A stretch of 64,000 nucleotides of DNA from Phoronis australis. Taxonomy: Eukaryota > Animalia > Phoronida. The notes under the pieces are model-generated. The model was not told the DNA's origin. It worked only from the letters and a program-made list of their open reading frames with translations, and did no database searches. The translations under genes were made by a program, and so were the position numbers. This document shows positions 1 through 11,400 of the stretch, in pieces. How positions within the stretch are numbered: position 1 is the first letter of the stretch; each line of letters starts with the position of its first letter. The stretch covers positions 736,571-800,570 of the forward strand of contig NMRA01000012.1 of NCBI GenBank assembly GCA_002633005.1. Reading direction: 5' to 3'.

Positions 1-808
1 AACTCCCCAATACATACCTCCACAATACACAACTTTAAGAGGGTAGGTGACGCCATCTATTGGGCAGGCCTGTGGCAAGAACCTGTTGTCTTCTGCTGCT
101 TCTGATCCTGCCATCTGAAGCCATATAGAAATGCACTGTTAGGATCTCTATTGGGAATATGGATGGATCTTTTAACATCGCCACTTGATACGGAGTTGGA
201 AACGGAAGTCAGGGAATGTACTCATGTCAGACATTCTCCAGACTCGGCCTTTTTAAGGATGTAGTGTCTACTAGACAAGATGTATATTACCGTAACCAGG
301 TAAAAACTATGACGATGATTTTTTAGTAGCATGTCCAGCACATTTAGTGAACCTATTGTTTAATAATTTCAGCAACCCCAGGGCCCTTGATTTTGGGACG
401 AGTGTTGGTCCCACATGAAATTACCCTCATCAGGCAATGATTAAAAATTCCCTATGGTTAGTCACTTCTAACTCACACAAACCCTCAGCTTCTGAAAGTT
501 TCATCAACTCTCACCTGAAAAAATCCTCTCTCAGACGGCAAAGAGACATTATTCCTCAGGTGAGTAAGGGGCTGAAACCTAATCTCCCACTTTCTATCAA
601 ACATGGCTTCTAACTAGCAGCCCAACAGAACAGTACGAGTGGCAACCAAAAAATTAAAAAAAAAACAACAGAGTCTGGTTGATGCCCGTACGAGTGAGGT
701 CAATTTTTACTTTTTCTACTCGTATTTTTGACCGTTTACTCGCTTATGTTGAGCAGTGCTTAACGTGTACAGGGATGAGGATTATGAACAAAATGCACAG
801 TCACATAG

Positions 809-972
809 ACAAAGACTGGAACAGAGTATGTGCCTTTTTAAAACTACTAGGACGAAGCAACCACAACAGGTAGTCTGCATCACCTGCTTAACAAAGACTG
901 GAACAGAGTATGTGCCTTTTTAAAACTATTAGGACGAAACAACCACAACAGGTAGTCTGCATCACCTGCTTA
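809..972. repeat. Direct tandem duplication, 2 x 82 bp
   Basis: ACAAAGACTGGAACAGAGTATGTGCC...CATCACCTGCTTA occurs at 809-890 and 891-972 with about 2 mismatches. Confidence 0.9.
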
Positions 973-2054
973 AGGTTATGTGGGACCTTATAGAAACGTA
1001 CTTAGTCAAACACCTACAAAACTTTGACTTAAACTCGGTAGAGGTATATTTTCTGAAATTAGAAAACCAATAGAATTTGACTTAATATCAATCTTCCGTT
1101 AATTGGGTGACCATGTCATTTCAGGAAAATGTAGTAAAACGAAAAGCACATCCATAACGAAAACAACGCTATTAATAGCATCATCCAATTTTGTTTGATA
1201 TAAATGTTCAAGATGACATCTCAAAAAATGCCGTTACAGTTTTCTAATTCATCATTTGTTTCATCCAACTTTTGATTTTTCCTAAAATCATGTTGTATTT
1301 TTAAAGTTCTCATGAAAAACAAGAAAAACAATTCCCAACAGTGATTTTAAGAACAGTGTATCTGAAAATTTCATATGAATTCGATCAGTTATTTCCGAGA
1401 TATGATGTTCTGAAGTTAGCCATATTTGGACATTTTTCTAGGGTTCCTCCTAACATCAAGTCAAGTGCTGCATTGGCCACGTCACCCACTGTAACAATTT
1501 CCATTGTGTAAGATGAATTTTGTCGCATGCATCCAAAACTGCACCATGTGTGGAGGGTGTGTTCGATTGCTCACATCTTACAGGACATGCACTTTGATGT
1601 ACTCACAAAGTGGCTATTTTTGAGGCATGTAACACGAAATGTCACCAGTCCAAATTCATGAGACACTTAGTCATACACAATAAAGTGACTAAAGTCTTCT
1701 CCTAAAACTTCCCACTTTGGGCTGGGAGACCTTTCCAGAGAATAAAGGTTGATGGGAAGGAGGGAATGCACCTATTAGAGTCCTAACAGTACGCAAGTTG
1801 CAGGAAAAATGTTAAGTATACAGCAGGCCTAAGGTGGTGAGAGGGTTAAATTATTATGTGATTTAAAATATCTTTGGCATTGAAGTAGTCAGCGCCTGTT
1901 AAGGGATATGAGAATAGATGTCACTTAGCGCCTGGCCAAAAAATCTGCATGCGTGTTAAATATAAAATGCTTGACAAGTCTCTTTTCTGGCCGCCATGTG
2001 CATAACGCTCTTTGTGCCCTCTGAGTGTTTTTCAAAACAACAAGAGTTACTGTT

Positions 2055-2150
2055 AAAAAAGTTTGATAGTGGGAGTATTTGTTCGAGCTGGGAAGAGTAA
2101 AGACAGCTACAGCCTCCTAAAGTGTCCCTCCATGCTCAGAAGGTAATTAA
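2055..2150. mobile_element. Diverged fragment related to the TIR of the 3100-3999 element
   Basis: AAAAGTTTGATAGTGGGAGTATTTGTTCGAGCTGGG...CCTCCTAAAGTGTCCCTC aligns by eye to 3777-3870 (AAAAGTTTCATAACGGGAGTATTTGTTCGAGTTGGA...CCTCCTAAGGTGTTCCTC). Confidence 0.6.
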
Positions 2151-3099
2151 AGGGCCATAACTCACCTGAAAGGAAAGTGCTTGTACCTTCTAAAAGTGTA
2201 ATTTTCAAGGTGTTGTTTAATAAGAGGGGAACTTTTGTATTGTTTTTACTTAGAGGGGATTTTTGTGATGTTTATTTACTGCACTGTTCTTTATGACTAT
2301 ACTCTTTTATGCTTTCACAAATGTGCTAAGTATCAACTTTAAGTGAACTCAACACAGAGTGGTCATTTAGCTGTATTTTGACAAGTCTTCATACAGCTAG
2401 CTGGCTGGCTAGTAGGCAATTAACATCGCCCTGAATGCCGCAGGCATGCAGGTGCGATAGTACATCCCCATAAAAAGTTACTCATTTCAAAATACAGCAA
2501 ATAAAATCGAATGCAACATGCATATATGCACATGGAGTTATAATTAACACATACCATGTCTCTGGATACAGTTTAATCAACATAACTAGAACATATCCAT
2601 GAGAATCTGTTGCAGTTCGCTCGAGTTTCTCACAGCGTGTCATTTTGAGGAAGTTACGTGAAATCAAGCCTGTTGACAAATAAAAATTCCAAGGAACACA
2701 AATCTAGTACAAATTTCACTTGATTTCTTCCCATGCTAATTCGCGCTTAAGCCTTTGCCTAACGTGACTCAGTTGAAATACTTTGTGGTTATCACGCACG
2801 TGGTGAAAAAGTTAACGGTGACCAAAAAAAGCGGAGTTAGAATTCTTCGCCAAAGTCACCTTAATTCTCGTAACTAAGCTTCATCGAAGATATGTCTAGT
2901 AGAAAGGAACACTGAAGAAAGTAAGCGCTTTTTTAAGTCGTAATTTTAAGTGTAGAATGTATTTTTGATGAGGTGAAAACTCTGAATTGGTGAGCGGATT
3001 TTGCTTACCTCCTGTTTAAAATACACAGGAAGAAAGCGATGGGAAGTATTGTAGCCCCTAACCTGCCAACAGAGGGGCTACTAGCTGGATGGGTAACTG

Positions 3100-3999
3100 T
3101 AGGCAATGACCATCGCCTCTGTTGGCCCGAAGCAGAGGCGATGTAGAGGCTATAGGCGCTCTGTACGCCGGAAGCTTTTCGGCGAATTATGCCTCGCACC
3201 GACTAAACCATCAAAGTCACGTTGTTACAAATACCTTTTGCGCATAGAGGAACTCCTTAGGAGGTTGTCGATGTGTTTAATTCCTTCCAACTCGAACAAA
3301 TACTCCCGTTATGAAACTTTTTCTTCGAGCAGTCCCTATTTCAGTTCCCAAAATCGTGAACTCAACTTTTTTATACTGCGCACGCTCCAATTCATGACCT
3401 CAATCTTTAAATAGGCCAAAGGTGAGCCATTGCGGTCTTGGCAGTCAAATGTTCGTTTCCAAAATGCCACCACTTATACTTGTCTTTAATTGGCGTTACT
3501 TGAAACTGATTGTATTTCAATGAATCATTGTTTGTATTTGATAAAAACAAATGCTGTTGATATGACATTTAATAGTCTTTTTGCACATATTTGACATTTT
3601 AATGTTTAACAACACGGCAAATGCACGGCTGGTTCCCGGCAGCACGTACGCGAAGGGCGGGAACTTCAGCTTTCAAAGTTCGCCGGTAGGTCCGCAACTT
3701 CTGACCTTCGGCCTGGTTAAAAAAATGAAAAAGTTGAGTTCACGATTTTGGGAACTGAAATAGGGACTGCTCGAAGAAAAAGTTTCATAACGGGAGTATT
3801 TGTTCGAGTTGGAAGGAATTAAACACATCGACAACCTCCTAAGGTGTTCCTCTATGCGCAAAAGGTATTTGTAACAACGTGACTTTGATGGTTCAGTCGG
3901 TGCGAGGCATAATTCGCCGAAAAGCTTCCGGCGTACAGAGCGCCTATAGCCTCTACATCGCCTCTGCTTCGGGCCAACAGAGGCGATGGTCATTGCCTA
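3100..3999. mobile_element. Non-autonomous DNA transposon with long TIRs (Mutator/foldback-like), 900 bp
   Basis: Near-perfect ~272-bp inverted arms at 3100-3371 and 3728-3999, starting TAGGCAATGACCATCGCC. Flanked by the direct repeat GGGTAACTG at 3091-3099 and 4000-4008 (9-bp TSD). No transposase ORF. Confidence 0.88.
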
Positions 4000-4429
4000 G
4001 GGTAACTGTTGCTACACACTTGTTCAAGGGGCAAGAGCCACGACTCTCATTCAAGAGGCATCGAAAATGAAGGCCGGCCAAATATATCTGGCTGACGCTT
4101 CTCTACTATAGGCTTAGACAATGACTATCGGCGATGGTCATTGTCTACTCTAATGTAAGTTACGAATACGATATCATCACAGACACAGTGCCAAGCCAAA
4201 TGTGTCATCCGGCCATCAATACGGTTCCAGGAATGCCAAGATTCAGACTGCCAACCCTTTGGACCACGAAACAAAACGCAGGCCACGTGTGGTAAAAGTC
4301 GTATAAACCTCTTGGAAATGGCTGCAGGCAACCAGTTTTCATTGAGTAACGGTTACCTGTCTATCTTTTTACCGAAACACGCTCAATCGAGACCGCTGAT
4401 GACCTTCACCTTCCCAGAATACATCACAA

Positions 4430-4488
4430 TACGCATGCGTACACCGGAAGCGGTTACTTACAAACGAGCGGGGTTTTTGTTTATTTAG
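4430..4488 (+). promoter_or_regulatory. Probable promoter / non-coding first exon of CCDC62
   Basis: CpG-rich patch with palindrome TACGCATGCGTA (4430-4441, NRF1-like), ETS-like CCGGAAG (4444-4450) and donor AG|GTGAGT at 4488/4489. The next acceptor is TTTTTCAG directly before the ATG at 5384. Confidence 0.55.
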
Positions 4489-5383
4489 GTGAGTTAAATT
4501 GTAAAAGATGCTGTCTCTGAATCAAAGTGTCGGTTTTCTGTTATCGTAAATTCTTACACACACACTGGTTATTCTAATGCTCCTCTAGATTAACGGGTTG
4601 TTTCCCAATGTTGTTGTCTTTGTTTGCAAAAGTTTGAACTTATGCCGTTATATTGTGACAATTAATGAATTATCAGGACAAACGAGAATTTTTCAGTTTC
4701 AGCAGTTTTGTTCCTAGCTGAGAATCTTGTGTGCACAACTTGCGCAGAAACTTCATTGAGGGATATTGGTGTCTGATGGTTTGCGATCCTCGTTTACTTG
4801 GTACTAATAGTTTCACTGGCTGTTTGTAGGACTTTGTCGTCACTTGCATATGGATTAAGTAGTCCCAAGATTTATGCAATTACAGTGCGAGCAACACATC
4901 TGCCTTCCCAACAATTGACTAAATACTTTCTATGCCACCTGCTTTGAACTAGAAGTGCCTATCAATCCAATCAGATGGCAACACTGGCCATTAGTTGGCT
5001 GTGGTCGTTGCTATTTATATGCAAAAAAACCCTATGGTGCCTTACTTTTGTATTTTTCAAGTCATGTAGTTGTACATTTTGTATTCCTTATTGTGGGATG
5101 CGCTTATGACAAAACTTTCTGGTCTAAACAATTTATTGGCAGATTTTGATTTAAATATGAAAAGTATTAAAGACATAGTGTAACACAGTCCTCGCAACTG
5201 TTTCGGATATCATAATTTCATGAAACGCGCCCTAAGTCTTTCACGTTCAGCTCTGGTTAAACACCCATGTGAATACTTCTGTGTGGTCTTCAAGAAACAT
5301 TGCACTCAGGGTTTTCGGTAATTGATGGAATGTAAACGGAATGGCTTTAATTATTAAAAGATGTGAATCTTGTTCTTTTTCAG

Positions 5384-5420
5384 ATGGCTTCCACAGGAAA
5401 AGGTGTATCATTTAATGATT
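5384..5420 (+). CDS. CCDC62: CCDC62 coding exon 1 (MASTGKGVSFND)
   Basis: TTTTTCAG|ATG ... T|GTAAGT, phase 1. Confidence 0.65.
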
Positions 5421-8400
5421 GTAAGTATCAGTAGAACTTCGTACCATCATTCGTCAAGGGAACTTTGAAATTTGTGCGTTATAATGATAGTTTGTACTAA
5501 CCAGGACAGATTTATGTCATATATTGGTAAAATCAGGACATAGAAGTTTATATGTTAAATTGTTGTTAACATTGTAAGCATGTTGCATTATAATGAGGTT
5601 CAACTGTATATATATTTATATATTACTTCTTGATAAAAAATGACAACTTTTTTGTTTTGGACATTTCACCGGTACAGTAATTTGAATATAAAATAAAAGC
5701 ATGGTGTGAACATAAGTTGTATGAACCAGCATCCAATTGCATGTTTAGTTAAACTTCAACTTAAAAATATCACAGTATAAATTTTAATACTGCAGTCTCC
5801 AAGAGCCGGAATTTGTGGTTATTATAATGTGTATTTGGGTGGCAGTCTCTCATTCAAACAGCTTCTCTTGAAGAGATGTCTTGCATGATTTAGGCTCTAA
5901 TTAGCTATGCGAAGTGGTGCCTTAAGGCATGATTAGGCACATGTACCTATTAGAAATACTTGAGTAAAAGCTAGGTGCAAATTTTGTGAATTGAATATGA
6001 CTTGTCAACACAAAATGATAGGAATTGACACTTGTTTTATTTCTCTTTACTAACTTGAAATGAAAAGTATTAAAGACTGGGCAAGATAATGGATGGATAA
6101 CTCCCAGCTTAAGACAACTACATAATGTCTATGAGTGAAACATTTGAGTAAACTTTTGTTTGAACAAAATGCATCAATTCTGTTAGTTGCATGGGCCTAA
6201 GTATTCGCATATATTTTTAATGGCAGATTATATAGTAGTCCTAAGTATTTTGATATTAGGTGGCAGGTATGTCTCCTTTCTGCTTTCTGTTTTATTTTGT
6301 TTTTTTCCATAATGTTAGCAACAATGTGTTTTCTTTTAGCTTCGTTTTCCAACTCCCGATCCGTTCGCCACAGTACACCCGTAGGTGGTACCAAGAAGGT
6401 ATGTATTCCATTCTGCTTCATGAGGACTTTATATTCTGCTGTGGTGATTACATAGTACTGGTTATTTTAGGCTCGGTTACCCACTAAGAACTATTCTTCT
6501 TTCCAGTGTTGAATTCTCCATTTAAGTGATTATAGTTCCATGTTTCAAATTATTTATCTGTTGTTTGAGCTAAAAGCTTTACCCATGCAATCATGATTCA
6601 CAAACATTGCCTCTTCCACCTGACTGATTAGGCATTGAATTTCCTCTCAATGTAAAAAAGTTGCTAATTATTCATTTTTTTGCNNNNNNNNNNNNNNNNN
6701 NNNNNNNNNNNNNNNNNNNNNNNNNNNNNNNNNNNNNNNNNNNNNNNNNNNNNNNNNNNNNNNNNNNNNNNNNNNNNNNNNNNNNNNNNNNNNNNNNNNN
6801 NNNNNNNNNNNNNNNNNNNNNNNNNNNNNNNNNNNNNNNNNNNNNNNNNNNNNNNNNNNNNNNNNNNNNNNNNNNNNNNNNNNNNNNNNNNNNNNNNNNN
6901 NNNNNNNNNNNNNNNNNNNNNNNNNNNNNNNNNNNNNNNNNNNNNNNNNNNNNNNNNNNNNNNNNNNNNNNNNNNNNNNNNNNNNNNNNNNNNNNNNNNN
7001 NNNNNNNNNNNNNNNNNNNNNNNNNNNNNNNNNNNNNNNNNNNNNNNNNNNNNNNNNNNNNNNNNNNNNNNNNNNNNNNNNNNNNNNNNNNNNNNNNNNN
7101 NNNNNNNNNNNNNNNNNNNNNNNNNNNNNNNNNNNNNNNNNNNNNNNNNNNNNNNNNNNNNNNNNNNNNNNNNNNNNNNNNNNNNNNNNNNNNNNNNNNN
7201 NNNNNNNNNNNNNNNNNNNNNNNNNNNNNNNNNNNNAAGGAAAAGTTCCAAGTAGAAATTTGTTTCTGGCATTCTAATGCTGTGCTAATCTCGTATGTTG
7301 GTAAATTTGTTTTTAATTCTATGTTTCTGTGGTGCTTTAAGCAACTGGTGTATAGGATGTGCTTGTATTATGAAGATTACTCACATTTTGCCCCTAGCCT
7401 ATTGAGGAGACAATGACCATGCCTTTCCATTTTGCTAAGTACAACATACTACATATATGCCCTCTACTGGCCACTTTATGGTACCAATAAACAACCCTAG
7501 AAGGATACCGTATGCGGTGCAATTGTGGGTGCATTTCAACGCTCTGCGTTGCTGTTGTGTGTTGTTATTATGATCTTGACTAGAATGATTAGTTATTGCA
7601 AACTTATAATTCATGTAATAGGTGATTTTCTTAAATTAAAAAAAACGTCTTATTGTTCAGTGATACCAACGAACCCGTGGTCTTTGGCAGAAGAGCTTTT
7701 CTTTACCCTTTGTTCTGTCTTTGTTGCTATCTAGAGCGTCTAATTCCTTGTTTGCCCACTGACAGTTCGGGATGAAAAAGTCGCCGATCAACTGTCGTAG
7801 AATAGACGTGGCCGTATGTACACTTTTTACATTCTTTATGTTTTTATTCACATTTGCTGTCCTCGTTTAGAACTGGTCTGCTCTCAGTTATATTTTACAC
7901 TTCATGTGCTTCTTTATGGATTTTATTTTCAGTCACTAACAGCACAAATCTGTCTCTGAACAATATATACATTTTGTCAAGTTGTACACAGGGCCCTGGA
8001 TGCCTTGATTATGAAGCTGAATATGGGCCCCATTACGCTATGAAAAACATTTAAAAATCTGGTGAAATTCCACTCATCAGGCTTAAAAATTCCCTATATT
8101 GATTAAAACCTATCCCTCAGGGTTAAAATCACTTATACAAAACATGGAAGAGGGAGAGAAATTTTCCCCACCAGCAAAATTTGCTCTCTCAGCAAGCACA
8201 GGTACCTGTCCCCTCAGGTTAATAAGGGCCCTGCTACATAACCTGTTTGGAGCACTTGTCTTGTACATTGTTTACTGCTGTGGAGTTTTTTAAGTCGAGG
8301 CAACCCTACTTGTGACAGCTTTCTCTTGGTTATCTGTCAATAAAACCAAGTGCTGATCAGTATTGTTTCAGAGGTTTTCAGTGCTAAACATTGTATTCTC

Positions 8401-11400
8401 CTGTAACCGTGCTATTTATTTATTAAAAACATTCTTAAAGGCCCTTTCAAATTGACTTAATTCTGGTCTTAGCGGAATGTCGACGTAAACAGCGCAGTTA
8501 ACTGAACCGTTCATACTGGCTTCGGTAGTTAATGAACATCGAAGTAAACGGTAGATGATGCTGTCGTCATTGAAGATATTGCAAGGTAGCGCTGCATGCT
8601 TAGATTTTTGTCAATGTGACAATTTGGGATCATTTACATGTGGTAATTGACATTAAACTTATTTTTAAATCGATTGGTTATTATTAGAGCAAAATATAAG
8701 CAGCTATTAGTGACGGCACTACCCTGTAACTGTCGACGACAACAGTGGCACCTGGCGATAACTTCGATAGGACCGAAGTTAACCGTTCATACTGCACCGC
8801 AGCGTCGATGCTGTGCTGTTAAATCTTCCTATTAACTGCGATGTTAACTGGAGTTGTTAACTGCCATCCAGGACCGGAGTTAAGCATTCATACTGACCGC
8901 AACTTCCCAAACCATCGACGCGTCGACGTTAGTATGAAAGGCCCTTATTGCTTTGGGGTTAAATCTCGATCAGCCTCTCTTTCATGTCAACTGAATACGC
9001 ATCTGTGAGGGAGCAGGGTATTTCAACCAATTACAGCTCAATGCACATGTCCTACTAGGCATGGGGCTGCGATTAGCAGTCCTTTGTCACAGTTCTTGTG
9101 CAAGAATTAATTGGGCAGTTATTTGGGAGAATGCAGTAATCGAGCTAGTATAATTAGAAGTCGCGTTATTATGTAATTATGTGTGCGATGAGGTTGAGTG
9201 GTCTTTTACAGATGAATCGGTCACCAGTGAGTCCCAGAAGAGGCATGGGATCATTGAGAGAGACGTCCCCGAGCAAGTCTGCTGTAAGTTGTAGATGCTG
9301 GCCATGTCTGTGGCCAGCTGACTGTGACTTTGTAAACGAACAATGTATTGTGTCCAATTTAGTGGAAATCTGTAGTTGTATCGCATGGCTGACTGAAGAC
9401 CTTGATAAAGAGTTCTTCCTTTAGGGCTCATTTCAGGGTTATGTTGAGATGTCAAATTTAGGCTACTACTTTCCTGTGTTTTGCTAAAATGCAGTTTGGA
9501 TATTTTCCTCATCAAGATCATGAAAAGACGTGGTATCTGTCCAATAATGCAGTAAAATGTAGCATCGTTTGCTGAATGTCAGCTTTAGGCCAATAGGGTG
9601 ATGTTTATCATGCAAGGCTATTATGTTATGCTATTATTCAAAGTTTGCTGTTCTAGCAGCATGGAATTCTGTAATTGGAATTTTTAATAGAAGAAGTTTT
9701 CACATTTTTCTAAATTCACCAGAGTTGCGATTTCCTTATTTTTCAAATTCAGAGGATGTGATGTATGTAGGTGTTTTTCTTTTCATTACAAAGTTTGGGT
9801 TTTGTGCTTTTCTTTTTATCATGCTGAGTCGATAATTGTCTAAGAGAGTGTAAATTTCAAATTCTTGGTGAAAATCATCTTTAAAGTCTGCTGTTTCCAG
9901 TTTCCCTAACATTGCTTCCATTTGAGAGCTGTTTTTGTCATCACTGATGTCACAATGATGTCATCAGATCACCCATGTAACATCAAAATGGGTGGCCTGC
10001 TCTCCAAGTCACTTATCACTAGTTGGACCCACTAATGCCATGATATTCATTTATTGTCTGTCAACATGTACTTGGGACTTCCCTAAGGATATAAACAATC
10101 TTATACAGGGACTAGGTTACTTAATAAAAGATTTAAGTGTACTGTGAGGAAGATGGCTGAGAAGTGCTTTTTGGCTCAGCAGGTAGATTTTCAGGTCTTG
10201 GGCATAATTTTAAGCTTCTTTTGTCCTTTAGAAACTGTATGGTTCTCCAAAGTACCATACCTTGGTACTCCAAAGTACCACGGTACTCCAAAGTTCTGTG
10301 GTACTCCAAAGTACCATTTGTCATGTTGCAAACTTGTCAAGAGCTGTTATCATTCACTTATAAGCTGAGAATATAGTTTGTAAGCATTTTCTTTCGTGAT
10401 TAATTTTATTTTTTTTCAGCTTTTGAGTTCAATTCCTTTATTGACTTGCAGATGCTTTGATGAGGGTTTGAAAGTGATACTGACCATGTGGGTGTCACAA
10501 ATATACAGTTTTGTAAAATGCAATCTTGTTAAAAATATAAGCTCCAAAAACAGAACAATATAAGTGATTTTTTTCTTGTGGGCTTTCTATCATTGCTTCA
10601 TGGTGACATGTTTAGTTGGTAACCATACTGGGTTTTTTACCACAATGGACGACTTGAGACAAAGGCACTACTGTATATATGTAAGCGTTCAAGTAGTTCA
10701 ACCATTAGTGCCCAGACAGCCAGTACCTTTGAACAGCTGCTACTCCCCATTGGTGCCACAGTCATCTATTGGTGTTTGTTTGAAATCGTGACATACTCTT
10801 TGGAAACAGGACTAAGCATGTATCATTTCAGTGCCTAGGCACATGTATTTGACACATTCTGCCACGTTCTTTCAATTGTACTGTTTTGTTCCTCGAAACC
10901 CTTCTTTGGTTTAACGAGGTTGTTATATATCTTTGACTTTCTAATATTCATGTATTTATGATACAGTTTGCCTCGGAGATCGAGAGTAACACGATTCAGA
11001 AGCAGCGTAAAGAACTGCAGCTGTTGATCGTAGAGTTGAAGGATCGCGACCGGGAGCTGAACGAGATGGTGGCGTCGCACCAGAAGCAGTTGATGGCATG
11101 GGAAGAAGACAGACAGAGAGTGCTGGCTCTTGAGCAGAGATGTGCCCGGATAGAGAGTATGTACACAAGACAGGGGTAGGGGTGTTGGTCATTTGGTTTC
11201 AGGATGACAGTCTGGTCAATCATGGTATAGACTAGGAAAGTAATTTAATTAGTTTTTATTAAAAGGTTAGAGTCGTGATCACTTTTGTTACCGAGGGTCA
11301 CTGTGTTCAAACATTTTTAATATATATGAATTATCAACCCATGAAACCTTTGATAGTTAAATTTTGAAATTATGTACGAAGTCGTGCAAAAGGCTGTACG

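Noticed and set aside
3106-3993. Pair of near-identical ORFs on opposite strands (102 and 106 aa)
   Set aside because: They are the two arms of the inverted repeat; no ATG start and no recognisable protein.
6661-7416. Three long ORFs of 191-251 aa
   Set aside because: Artefacts of translating through the N gap.
7989-8233. hAT-like MITE with CAGGGCCC ends
   Set aside because: Only an 8-bp TIR and no 8-bp TSD; too weak to call.
9169-9521. Cluster of overlapping short ORFs in CCDC62 intron 2
   Set aside because: No recognisable motifs or phase-consistent splice sites.
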